From positions 15,350,644-15,414,643 of the forward strand of contig CM120643.1 of the NCBI GenBank assembly GCA_051362555.1: a stretch of 64,000 nucleotides of DNA, written 5' to 3'. The translations under genes and the position numbers were made by a program. This DNA is from Lingula anatina. Lineage: Eukaryota; Animalia; Brachiopoda. This document shows positions 1 through 12,446 of this stretch, one piece after another (position 1 is the stretch's first letter; each line of letters opens with the position of its first letter). Under the pieces are notes generated by a model. It worked only from the letters and a program-made list of their open reading frames with translations, made no database searches and was not told the DNA's origin.

Positions 1-329
1 GTCTATGACAGGAGTGAATGTGAATTAAGCTGAGGTCCAAAGCCAGACAGTTAACAACCACCGTTGACGTTCCCAAGGCTGGTTTAATTTTTATCTGAAT
101 CAATATTTCATTGGAATCAATTAAGGGATGGTTTTTTTGATAAGTAGACTTTTTATACTCTTTTTAGACCGTGATTTTGCAGTTCGTTAATGAATTCCCA
201 CTTTGTTAATTAGCAGTTCATTTTAATCAAGGGACTTGTTATTTCAAGTAAAAGAGTGAACACAAACATTTGAATATTATTTACTTGTGCTCGGTGTCTG
301 GTTGCAGGCTTTGTGCACACCTGGTAGGG

Positions 330-336
330 TATAAAA
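330..336 (+). promoter_or_regulatory. Putative TATA box of paralog A
   Basis: GGGTATAAAAAG lies 130 bp upstream of the ATG and is conserved at the equivalent position in all three paralogs. Confidence 0.6.
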
Positions 337-459
337 AGTAGTCACGTTTGCATAAGAAAGCTGGTTCTTTTTTTTAATGTTAACAGGAATAATTAGTGCC
401 TAGCATGAACGAATAGGGATTACATTACATTTGTCCTTGTTCGAGACCTCAAATTCAAG

Positions 460-1245
460 ATGTCAGATGCAAGGAGCGACAGTAATGTCAATCATGTGAC
501 GAGAACCAACCAGTTGGAAGGTAATCCTGCCTTTCCAAATATTTTGATAAATGTTTTCTTTAGCCAGAAAAGATTTATAAAATCAGTTATTTTTATGTAC
601 GCGAGATTTTTTTCAAAGAATGATTTGGCGAACATGTGAATCATGACATAACTGATGAATACAATATAAAAGTCCAAAGGGAAGGTAACATGGAAAATAT
701 GTGGTTACCAAATTTGACGCTCCTATGGTGGTTTTAACAAACTTTAAGTTCCAACATATTTACTAATTTGTAAAAGTATGATCAACTCTTATTACATTCT
801 TGATATAAGCTTTCGTTGAACGCATCGCATTTCACTGAGATAATCTACAGCAATTTACTTCACAGGTGGTTTCTACAGTGTGCATTCTTATCCTTATTAA
901 GAGTTGTCACTTGCGAATGTCTCTTATTTGATTAAGTGCTTAAATATACTTTCTTCCAGCCAGTCGCATACTGACAGTAACCATAGTGACATGTGTTCTG
1001 GTTGCGATGATTGCGCTCATCATCTCAGCCGTCGCAATCTCCAACCCTGCTGGCTCTGACATTACAATCCAGGGTACAACGGCAAATATTCAGCAAAATC
1101 AGCCACCCAGTAGGGCCTATGACGCCATCAACCGATATCAGGCCTCAAACAATAGAAGAATTTACACGATTGCCGTTGGATACGATACTGGGCCTTATAT
1201 ATATAAGTAAGCAGAAGCATTGGCCACATGCCGTGTGCGCGGGAG

Positions 1246-1284
<39 letters not shown>

Positions 1285-4200
1285 CTGTGTGTCAGAGAGA
1301 GAGAGAGAGAGAGAGGGTAAAATCTGCATATCTGATAAATTTAACTTTCCGTATAACTTTTTAGGGACGTCAGCGGATTCCTAATTGGATTCAATCACGA
1401 CTTAATAGACGCAGGTAATCAAAATTTTCTTTTGAACAATTTGTTTCGTTGTATAACATCCATTGATAGCAATAATACTGCGAAAATATCAACTTGAAAG
1501 TTAATGGTTTATTTATTTAATTAAAAAATTTTATTCATTCCATTATTAATTTTTTAAGTGTGTCAGGAGGCGGGAATTGATTGTAGGGTTGTCAAGGAGC
1601 CTTCCACCAACTGCATGTTCTCAGAGAGAGGACAGCCACACAGAGGAGGGATAGGTATGGAGCATTCTTTTATTTATACCATAGCAGTTGGTTGTTAAAA
1701 CCTATTTCTTATATTGCTTCGTTTTATGTTTTTCTTTCTTTCAAAATCGCACTTGGAAGCAGAGTTTTTAATGACTGGGTGAACTGAAGCTGACAAACTT
1801 TAATGTCAGAAATAATCAAAGTGGTTTGGTATTCATTTTAGTTAGGTCAACTTTTATAATTATATGGCGATCGAGGTTGAATACAACTTGTTCAGTTTTA
1901 TCCTAATATGTATTGACTGAGACTGTTTTGTGCTATATTGGACTGGGGCTGAAGCTTTCCCAATATGTTTTACTTTTGTTTATAGTTGAACATGATAATG
2001 AAATTCAAGTATTTGAATATAAATTTTACCTTGAATAATCCTATACATGGCATCATTTCAGGACTTATGGAAGGTTGGTACGACGCCTGCACCGGGTGGC
2101 TGACCACACGTCAACGGAAGCAGATTTTCGCATTTTCCAAGCCGTTTTTGAAACCTATTGAGGTCTATTTCTTCGCCTTTCCTGGATTTAATCCATTCAA
2201 TATCACTGGAAAGAAAATAGGTGAGTGAGTTATCCTGTATGCACGCATTAGAAGAAATCATTCGAGTTGAAATTTCTCCAACCAGTTATTCACTTCAGCT
2301 CTTTTCCTCACGAGTACCCGCTCTTTTTCTGGTATTACTATTTAATTGTTGTTCTAAAATATACGTAGAATGTCTAAATTGATGGAATATTTTGACAAAT
2401 TAATGTATTTGCGATTCCAAAAAGGTCAAACTACATTGTAAGACAAGATACGTCATTCACCTAGGTTATTAGTATTTTATTTTGATTTCAACTACTGACT
2501 CAATTAAAATCCATTAACTCCTGAAGTTTCTTAACCGTTTTTTTTTCATTTTGGTTCCTTTTGGTGCTCAGTTGTAATGTTACATTTCATGAAGAATTCC
2601 TACACCAAGTGAGGATGTCGTGTAGCTGCCACAAACCTCTGGAATCTACATGACGTGATCTTTCTTTGATCCATATCTTAAAGAATATTGCATGCGCGAT
2701 TTCAAGTTCAAACTAGAACCAACTGTAACTTACAACCAGCTCGTTGGTATTTTAATATAATTTCATGGTCTACCCTCAAGTTACAAATTTAAATTATTTT
2801 TGGGGAATTCCCTTCCTTTTGGTACCTTTTGGTGATCAATTATGGTAAATAAACGGTAAATTACAGAGAAAAGTTTATGTTAAGAAAACCAGGAATTAGA
2901 TCAGAAGAGCGGTTATCCAAAGGCTATATGTACTATTAAGAATTTAATGACATAGTCATCTCGGGTAGGTGTCACACACGTCCTCTATTCGTGAGGTTCT
3001 GACTTAACCCGTTTCTGCAGTTTGTTGGCTCAGATGAACCCAACCCTCAAGAACGCCTGCCTCAACTCATCCCTTAAAGTTGTCTGGTCCTCTCTTGTCC
3101 TTAAAGTACGATGAAGAGCATCTCAACATGCTCCTTAAAATAGAAAGGTGTTGCCATCAGTGAGTCGTGTAATGTCGTATTCAGACTAAGTAAGATCTCT
3201 TTACATTAATGTTTACATCAAATTTGACCGCAGCACTGAACAGTTCTATTCAGATAATGAATATTTATGGGAATAGAGGATCCCCCTCTTTGACACCCCG
3301 AGTGACCCCGAGATGTCCATCCTATTCAACAACAGCAGAAACATAAGAGAAGAGGGTTTTGATACATTTTGGGTGTCTCCAATGAAATTTAAAAAATGAT
3401 ACATTGCAAAATAAATGTATTTCCACTAGACGGAATCAAAAGCCTTTTCTAAATCTAGAGGTAACAGAAGAATGTTGGTTTTGGGTGCTTTGGGACGAAA
3501 GGCAACAACTGCAGGGACAAAAAAAGAAGGAAATAAATTTTTCATCTCTAGCTGTCACCCCGATTTTGCTTCTTAAAGGCATCTGCTATTAGGAATAATG
3601 AATTTCCTAGAGTAAAAATAACTGCTGTACATATGTCCTTGGAAATGTCAAAGAGGACTTTGGCTGTCTAAATCATTTGTGGTTCTTACACACTTGCTTT
3701 ATTTTTCTGGGAGAATTGCATTTGGCGCGAAGATGCCTTGTTGGATACCATTAAATACAGTGCACGTACGCATAGGTCTGAAACAACAGCAGCGCCTTGC
3801 CTTGAATGTGGGTTTCATGTAATTAAACTACAATTGCTGTATCTTGGGTTGAAAAAGAATAAACAAAAGTCAAGGCCAATTTGCGCGTTAAAGTTCTATT
3901 GTGAAATAAACCGCTAGCTGACACCCGTTCCCTAAACGACGTCAAAAAAGTCAGAATCGGCCTCGGCATTGAAATTGGCATAGACAAAGCTGGGTCTTAA
4001 AATGCAATCGTTAACCAATAAGCTCTGTGACCAATATCCAAAATTGGACTTTGTTTCGTCGGCTATCAAAGTAAACCAGACCTATGCCTACAAACGAGTG
4101 TCTTTAAAACGGCACATGGGTGTAAACATGCATGCTGACTCCTTACAGGACTGATAAGCGGCTTCTTCAGTAACGAAGCCTGCCTAGCTGGACTGGACCA

Positions 4201-4549
4201 GGTGACTGGAAGAGACGTCCCGCACTCCAACGTTTTCCACGCCCAGACGGTTGACGAGCTATTGGCTATGATCCAGAACGGAACTGTGAGTGTTTTCCCA
4301 TGCTACCTGTTTTTGTAACTCTTTTAAATACGCCCATATGTTTTAAATCCCACCGCATCCCAGTGTTCAGACTTCACCCCTTTTCATTATTGTGAAATAA
4401 GCTTTATGACTTAACATTGGCCAGAAAAGCTACGTTAGGCTACTCGCCACTATGGTCTACTGGTTAAGCTGCATATATAAACATATCAAAAGCACGATCA
4501 AAAACAATTTCGTGAAATATTTCGTATCACTATGTAACCTTCTCAGATG

Positions 4550-4611
<62 letters not shown>

Positions 4612-5419
4612 CAGCTTTACCATCGTCATTCATTTGAGTTATTACAACCAAATACGTTTTCAAGATCATTTAATGAATTTCAGCGGTTAAATACATTGAG
4701 GCGCATCAGCTCTCGACAATTATGAACCTTTTTCAGTGATGTCGAAATTGGATATTTTCTTTACCAATCATTTAATAATTCTTAATATACAGGTAGACGT
4801 GGGTTTAAGCACGGGGCCTTCTATGGCCACCAAAATCAATGGCACTAATACCCAACGGTTCCCATCGGATCCCATGTTCTGTAAGAATGCCGGACAACCT
4901 GGAATGATGACCCGTAAAGACAATGACTTCAACTCTAAATGGAATGAAGGGTTTGAGAAACTGGTCTCTTCAGGACGTTTTAGACGGCTATGTGATGAGG
5001 CACGGATCAAGCACGGTACGTCTGGGCAGTTTTGATTAATTTCCGGTAGTATGTTATTAATAACTAGGGATCTATTACTTAATTTACAATACGTATATTG
5101 ATTATTACAAAACACTGTAAGCTAGTTAATGTAAGCAATGTCGCAAGAAACCGCCACAAGAGGTGCTGTTTTCAAGATAAGCAAAGGAAGGTTAACAACG
5201 CCCATGTTTTTTTCACAGTAAAAACTTCCCTTATAGGATATCAAGGCAAAATCATTACACTGAAAAACAAAGTTATCAAATTAAGATATCGCTTGAGGTA
5301 ATCTTTCATGTTTAAAGATTACATTCATGACACGTCACGTGATATCATCCAACGTCACATACATTGTAACGTTTGTCTCAACAGGTCATCGCGGTGAGAT
5401 TGGCTGTGTGGATGCCTAA
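460..5419 (+). CDS. Membrane-anchored solute-binding-protein family 3 (PBP type II / SBP_bac_3-like) protein, paralog A, 335 aa, 8 exons
   Basis: Exons 460-520, 960-1206, 1365-1414, 1559-1654, 2062-2220, 4149-4285, 4793-5015, 5385-5419 join in frame (1008 nt), all GT-AG. A short N-tail (MSDARSDSNVNHVTRTNQLE) precedes a hydrophobic helix (ILTVTIVTCVLVAMIALIISAVAI). Motifs then follow in SBP_bac_3 order: YTIAVGYDTGPY, DVSGFLIGFNHDLIDAVC, LMEGWYDA, TTRQRKQIFAFSKPF, ITGKKIG, DELLAMIQNGTVDVG, RKDNDFNSKWNEGFEKLVSSGRFRRL. Gene structure is high confidence; the domain call is by motif recognition. Confidence 0.85.
1248..1315. repeat. (TG)n(AG)n compound microsatellite in intron 2 of paralog A
   Basis: Seen directly. 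Related tracts occur in B (~8133-8181) and C (~13237-13295). Confidence 0.9.
4551..4608. repeat. (TA)n microsatellite
   Basis: Seen directly in intron 6 of paralog A. Confidence 0.95.
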
Positions 5420-5432
5420 CAACAGGAATCAA

Positions 5433-5650
5433 AAACTTTCACCTTGATAGCTAAAGCACAAAACAATGCACCCGTAACCTTTATCTTGATGGTTAAAACA
5501 CAGAAATTTAGGAATTGGTAACCTTCACCTTGATGGTTAAAACAAAGATATAGGCGGCCGTTACCTGAACCTGATATCTGGATCTCAGAAGATATCCTTG
5601 GCCTTCAGGTTGAAAGCTAAACCACAGGACGAGGCATCCGTAGCTTTTAT
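5433..5650 (+). repeat. Degenerate ~43-bp tandem repeat in the 3' UTR of paralog A
   Basis: The core AACCTTCACCTTGATRGYTAAA recurs about 5 times. B has about 1 copy (10771-10820) and C about 3 (16973-17070). Confidence 0.65.
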
Positions 5651-7252
5651 CAGCTTGCGGAACTTACAAGAAGCCAAGACGAAATTTATAAATGAATCTA
5701 ATGGATAGAACCGAAAATTTATTGATAATGTGTGAATTTCATGCTGATGAAAGGATTACCACCAGTGATATCAATTTCAGACCCGCAGTGTTTTTTTAAG
5801 GAAGCACAAATGTAATTCCAACAGGCTTATTACATGTAAATGCATAACTTTAGTGCTGCAGTTGATAGTTATTAGCATTTCATTACCACTACAATTAACT
5901 AATTTTATTAATTTCTTTTTTGACAAAATCAACAGTCTCATGAAAGAAATGTCGTCTTCGGAAAAGAAAAACATAACTGTTTATAATGGAAATAAGCTGA
6001 TTTATTTTTATTTTTCACATGACGCACAAGGCTCCTGGTTTGATTTAAGATACTAATTTAGCAAAGCAAAAGTAATCAGGCGGTGCCGTCCTGACTGAGG
6101 TAATGCAGTTATATGGGTTATATAAAGCCAAGGAGTTATAACAGAACTAAGATTTGTTAAAATATTTGTAGTAGGTAATTCTGAAACTTCCTGTTTGGGC
6201 ATAGATGAAAATTATAGCCTCGTTTTGGCCTACGACAAAGGCCATAGGTTAACTTACATGTATTAACAAAATTTGAAAAAATGTGATGCTTTTGTTTAAG
6301 TTGTTATACATGTATTTACATACATGAAGGCAAATTTTACGAATACGAGTGGGGGAAAGTGTATCAGGCAAATACACATTTTGAATTACTGTAGCTGGAT
6401 CCATCAATTATAAAACTCGGATTAAGTTGAGTCCGTAGCCAACGGTATGCGCCATATCTAACTAGCTGCGACCCCTTTCAGCAGAATGAAAATGGTATAG
6501 TTCAGCAGGTTCATTTGCGAAATATTTTACCTTTGTAGGAAATAAAGCTTTAAACGCAAAAACCTCGGCTTTTTATCTCATAGCCATCAAGGCGGTTTCT
6601 GTTGATTCGTGATAACTTTGCTGACTTGGACGCAAACACTGAGACAATTTAACGTATATTGCAACGCGCATAATGTTGTTGAATTTAGGGATGAAAATAA
6701 TATCTGTTTTACCTAAGCAACAGTGACAGCTTTGACCTATAAAATCCCATGAAGATTAAGTGGAGTAATAATGCTTGTAATTTACTTTTTATTTGCTTTT
6801 GGTGATTAATGCATTTCTATGGCTTTAACTTCAGTCTTCCACTGATTGAATTTGATACCACACCATGTATAAGACATTAAAAGTATTACAATATTTTCAA
6901 TACTGTGGTCTCTGACAGGAGTGAATGTAAATTAGGCTGAGATCCAAAGCCAGACAGTTAAAAACCACTGTTGACGTCCTCAAGGTTGGTTTGCTGTTTT
7001 TTTTTCTGAATCAGTATTTCATTGGAATAAATTTATTGATAATTTGTGTAATATGTAGGATTTTTCTTGCTCTGTGAGCAAACTTTTAGATCGCGATTTT
7101 GCCCACTTTGTTAATGTATTTAGGCTTTGTTAATTAACAGTTCATTTTAATCAAGGGACTTATTATTTAAAGTAAAGGTGTGAACACACACGTTTGAATA
7201 TTATTTAACTGTTCTCGGTTTTGGCTGCAGGTTTTATGCACACCTTGTAGGG

Positions 7253-7259
7253 TATAAAA
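7253..7259 (+). promoter_or_regulatory. Putative TATA box of paralog B
   Basis: GGGTATAAAAAG lies 144 bp upstream of ATG 7397 and is conserved despite divergence of the flanks. Confidence 0.6.
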
Positions 7260-7396
7260 AGTAGTCACATTTGCATAAGTAAGCTGGTTCTTTTTTTTAC
7301 TTTTTTAATGTTAACAGACACAATCCGTGCCTAGCATGAACAGATGGAGATTATATTACATTTGCCCTAGCTCGAGACATTTGTCCTAGCTCCAAG

Positions 7397-8130
7397 ATGT
7401 CGGATGCAAGGAGCGACAGCAATGTCAACCATGTGACGAAAACCAACCAACTAGAAGGTAATTTGCCTTAGAAAAGATTTGGTAAAATGTTTTCTTTAAA
7501 CAGAAAATATTTTACTTCAGCAGCGATTTTCTGTACTCGATTTCATTTATTGTAACCGAATGTCGAACATGTACAGAGGGGTGACACAAGTACAGGGGTA
7601 GTGTATTATCTATGTGAATAGGTCGCTGTGTGATTTGGAGGGACCCGTAAGTAAAAAAGTGTTTTGCGTTTTATTGTTCGTCTAACCAGTGATGGATTTT
7701 CGATCATGTGCACTGTAAAGGGTGCCATCGATGGTGTAACGCCTTCTGGCTGTCAAGTTTCTACCATGGTGAATGTACGGGAGCTCAAACATGCAGGAAG
7801 AATTTTTTTTTCGGGTTAATCCCTATATTTCTTCTCTTCCAGCCACCACGACAATAACCATAGCGATTTGTGTACTGGTTACGATAGTTGCGCTCATCAT
7901 CTCAGCCGTCGCAATCTCCAAACCCGCTGGCTCCGACATTACAGTTCAGGGTAAAACGACGAGTTCTCGACAAACTCCCCAGCCTGCAATAGCATACTCA
8001 CCCAGTACCTATGACGCCAGCCGGTGTCAGGCTTCCAATAGAAAGAGAATTTACACAGTGGCCATTGGATTCGATATTGGGGCTTATGTATATAGGTTAG
8101 CAGAAATAAGCAGAAATATAGATCAAATGA

Positions 8131-8170
<40 letters not shown>

Positions 8171-10753
8171 GGGGGGGGGGGTCAGAGCAAATGGAGGGTT
8201 TGTGTAAAATCTGCAAATCTGATGACTTTAACTGTCCGTCTAACTTTTCAGTGACGACAGCGGGTTTCAAGTTGGATTCGGTCACGACCTAATAGACTCA
8301 GGTAATCAAAAATTTCTTTGAATAATTTGTTTGGTTCTTGTTTAAATATCCTTTAATAACATTGAACACTGCATTACCACTGCAAAATATTAACTTGGAA
8401 GTCAATGGTTTATTTATTTAATTAATCATTTTTTATATATTTATTCGATTATCTATTTATTTAAGTGTGTCGGGAGGCGGGAATTGATTGCAGGATTGTC
8501 ACGGAGCCGTTCACCAACTGCATGTTCTCAGAGAAAGGGCAGCCACAAAGAGGGGGGATAGGTACAGGGCATTATTCTATTTACATCATAGCAGTTGGTT
8601 GTTAAAACGAGTTTCTTTTATTGTTTCGTTTTAGGGTTTTTTTTTTTAAAACGCGCTTAGAAGCAGAGTTTTTAAAGAGTGGGTGAAGTGAAGTTGACAA
8701 AGTTCAATGTAAGAAAATAATCAAGTGGTTTGGTAAAGCTGGCAACTAAATTATTCACTTTGGTCAGGTCGACTTTTATATGGCGACAATTTGTTCATTT
8801 TTATTCTAAAATGTATAGTTAAACTGAGACTGTTATGTGATATATTGGACTAGAGCTAAAGCTTTTCCTACATGTATGTTTTAACATTTATACGTTTTTG
8901 TTTGTAGTTTATAGTTGGGCATGATATTGACATTCAAGTATTAGAATAAATTTTACCCTGGATTTTGTCTTTACATGGCATCATTTCAGGACTTATGGAA
9001 GGTTGGTACGACGCCTGCATCGGATATCTGGCCTCACGTCAACGAAGGCAGATTTTCTCATTTTCCAAGCCGTTTCTGAAACCACTCGAGGTCTATTTCT
9101 ACGCCTTTCCTGGATTTAATCCATTCAATATTACTGGAAAGAAAGTAGGTGAGTTTTCTTGTATTCACATAGTAGGTAAGATAATTCACGTTTCATCATG
9201 AGTACCAGGTCTTGTTTTGGTATTACTGTTTTTAAAACTGCGAGTCTTTTAAAAGCGGTCCATTGGTATTAATATGCGTGCTGCCTCCTTACAGGACTGA
9301 TTAGCGGGTTCTTCACTAACGAAGCTTGTATAGCCGGACTGGACCAGGTAGCTGGAAGAGACGTCCCGCACGCCAACGTTTTCCATGCCCAAACACCTGC
9401 CGAGCTCTTGGCTATGATCCAGAACGGAACAGTGAGTGTATTTTCTATGTTACCAGTTTTTGTAATAATTCTTTTTAACACGCCAATATGTTTGAAATCC
9501 CACAGCATCCCAGTGTTCAGACTTCATCTCTTTTAATTATTGTGAAATGAGCTTTATAATTAGACATTGGCCAGAAAAGGTGAGGCTGCCCTTTTATCAG
9601 TGGCAGATTTGGAAGGGGGGGGGGGGGGGGGGGGGTGCACCGGGGGGGGGGGGTCCTGACCCTCCTTCCATTTCTGAAAATCCAACTGCCCTCTCTTGAA
9701 ATTAGAATTTTGACTTACTGAATCTTAGTTCTAAATAGTACCAAATAGGACCCTTCGCCCTCTAAAATACCAATTTTTTATCGGGGCCCTTCAGCGGATC
9801 CGCCCCTGTTTTGTGGTACATTCGTAAAGCTGAAATTTGGCATCTGCATATATATAAACATATCAAAAGCAGAATATTTTGTATCACTAATTATCCCTCT
9901 CAGTCTTAACTGTTTATACAGATGGCCTATTTCAGCTTTACTATCGTCAATCATTTGAGTTTACTGCATCCAAATGCGTTTTCAAGGTCATTTAGTGAAT
10001 TTCAGCGGTTAAATACATTGAGGAGTGTCACCTCTCGACAATTATGAACCTTTTGTAGTGATGTCGAAATATTGGACGTTTTCTTCACTGATCATTTAAT
10101 ACTCCCCAAATCTTACAGGTAGATGTGGGTTTTGCGGCCGCAGTAGATGTGATCAACGTAATCTCTGACACTAATGTTCGACAGTTCCCCTCGGGTCCCT
10201 TCTTCTGTAAGAATTACGGACAGCCCGGAATGATGACCCGTAAAGACAACGACTTCAACTCTAAATGGAATGAAGGGTTTGAGAAACTGGTCTCTTCAGG
10301 ACGTTTTAAACGGCTATGTGATGAGGCACGGATCAAGCACGGTACGTCTGGGCAGTTTTGATTACTTACCGGAAGTATGCTGTAAATTACTAAGGATATA
10401 TTACTTAATTTACATTACGTATATTGATTATTACAAATATACACTGTAAGCTAGGTAATGTAAGCAATGTCGCAAGAAACTGCCACAAGAGGTGCTGTTT
10501 TCAAGATAAGCAAAGGAAGGTTAACAACGCCATTCTTTTTTTTTTTGCACAGTCAAAGCTTCCCTTATAGGGTATCAAGACAAAACCATTACATTGAAAA
10601 ATAAAGTTATCAAATTAAGATATCGCTTGTGGTAATGTTTTTATGTATAAATATTACATTCATGATCGATACGTGATTTCATTCAACGTCACATACATTG
10701 TAACGTTTGTCTCAACAGGTCATCGCGGTGAGATTGACTGTGTTGATGCCTAA
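7397..10753 (+). CDS. Membrane-anchored SBP family 3-like protein, paralog B, 337 aa, 8 exons
   Basis: Exons 7397-7457, 7843-8095, 8252-8301, 8466-8561, 8990-9148, 9295-9431, 10119-10341, 10719-10753 (1014 nt). Exon sizes and phases match paralog A except a 6-nt longer exon 2. The frame is intact. Confidence 0.85.
9598..9808. mobile_element. Short TIR element (MITE, hAT-like termini) in intron 6 of paralog B
   Basis: Termini CAGTGGCAGATTT ... GGATCCGCCCCTG are imperfect inverted repeats with a poly-G tract inside. It is absent from the homologous intron of A. The TSD is not clean. Confidence 0.65.
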
Positions 10754-12315
10754 CAACAGCTGGGATCTGTAACCTTCACCTTGATAGCTAAACCACAGGA
10801 CGAGGCACCCGTAACTTTTATGGCAACTTGTGGAACTTACAAGAGGCCACGGCAAAATTTTTAAATGAATCTAATGGATAGAACCGAAAATTTATTGATG
10901 ACGATGATGATGATGATGGAAGGATGACCACCAATAATACCAGACCCGCAGTGTTTTTTAAGGAAGCACAACTGTAATTCCAACAGGCTTATTACATGTA
11001 TATGCATAACTTCAGCGCTGCAGTTAATAGTCATCATCATTTCATTACCATTACAATTGACTAATTTTATTAACTTCTTTTTTTGAAAAAATCAACAGTC
11101 TCATGAAAGAAATGTCGTCTTCAGAAAAGAAAAACAGAACTTTTTATAATCGAAATAAGCTAGCTGTTTTATTTTTTATTTTTCATGTGACGCACGAGGC
11201 TCCTGGTTTAATTTAAGAGACTACTTTAGCAAAGGAAAAACGACCAAGCGGTGCCGTGCTGACTGCGGTAATGCAGTTATATGGGTTATATAAAGCTAAG
11301 AACTAAGTTTTGTTAAAATATTTGAAACAGGTAATTCTGAAACTTTTTGTTTGGGCATAGATGAAAATTATAGCCTCGTTTTGGCCTACGACAAAGACCA
11401 TAGGTTAACTTACATGTATTAACAAAATTTGAAAAAGGTGATGCTTGTGTTTAAGAATTTTACGAATACGAGTGGGGGAAAGTGTATCAGGCAAATACAC
11501 ATTTTGAATTACTACAGCTGGATCCATCACATTATAAAATTCGGATTAAGTTGAGTCCGTAGCCAACGGTATGCTCCATATATAACTAGCTGCGACCCCA
11601 TTCAGCAGAATGAAAATGGTATAGTTCAGCAGGTTCATATTTGCGAAATATTTTACTTTTTCAAAAATCATGTAGAAAATTAAGTTTTACACGCAAAAAC
11701 CTCAGCTTTTCAACTCACGCGGTTTCTTTTGGTTCGTGATAACTTTGCTGACTTAGACAAGCACTGAGACGTGTATTGGAACATGTACAGTATAACGTGG
11801 TTGAATTTAGGAATGGAAAGAATACCTGTTTTACCTTAGCAACCGTGATAGCTTTGACCTATAAAATCCCATGAAGATTAAGAGGAGTAAGAATGCTTGT
11901 AATTTACTTTTTATTCGCTTTTGCTGATTAATGCATTTCTATGGCTTTAACTTCAGTCTTAAGGGTACTTATACAGTGATGTTCATAAGTGAAGAAACAT
12001 TTGCTTTTCAATTTTCTTTTTAAAAAATCAAACCTTTATTCAGAGGGAAATCTGCACAGACGTTTTCCACTGATTGAATATAATACCACACCATGTACAA
12101 AACATTAAAAATGTTACAATATTTTCAAAGTAGACTTTTTATACTCTTTTTAGACCGTGATTTTGCAGTTCGTTAATGAATTCCCACTTTGTTAATTAGC
12201 AGTTCATTTTAATCAAGGGACTTGTTATTTCAAGTAAAAGAGTGAACACAAACATTTGAATATTATTTATTTGTGCTCGGTGTCTGGTTGCAGGCTTTGT
12301 GCTCACCTGGTAGGG

Positions 12316-12322
12316 TATAAAA
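12316..12322 (+). promoter_or_regulatory. Putative TATA box of paralog C
   Basis: GGGTATAAAAAG lies 131 bp upstream of ATG 12447. Confidence 0.6.
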
Positions 12323-12446
12323 AGTAGTCACGTTAACATAAGAAGGCTGGATCTTTTTTTTTTATGTTAACAGGAATAATTAGTGCCTAGCATGAACGAA
12401 TAGGGATTACATTACATTTGTCCTTGTTCGAGACCTCAAATTCAAG

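Noticed and set aside
492-677. Conserved minus-strand 61-aa ORF, repeated at 12479-12664
   Set aside because: It is antisense to exon 1/intron 1 within the recently homogenised A/C block and is absent in B, so its conservation reflects DNA identity rather than coding constraint.
460-5419. Ionotropic glutamate receptor / IR gene
   Set aside because: The binding domain is uninterrupted by M1-P-M3 segments, no SYTANLAAF-like motif is seen, and a stop follows the domain in all three copies.
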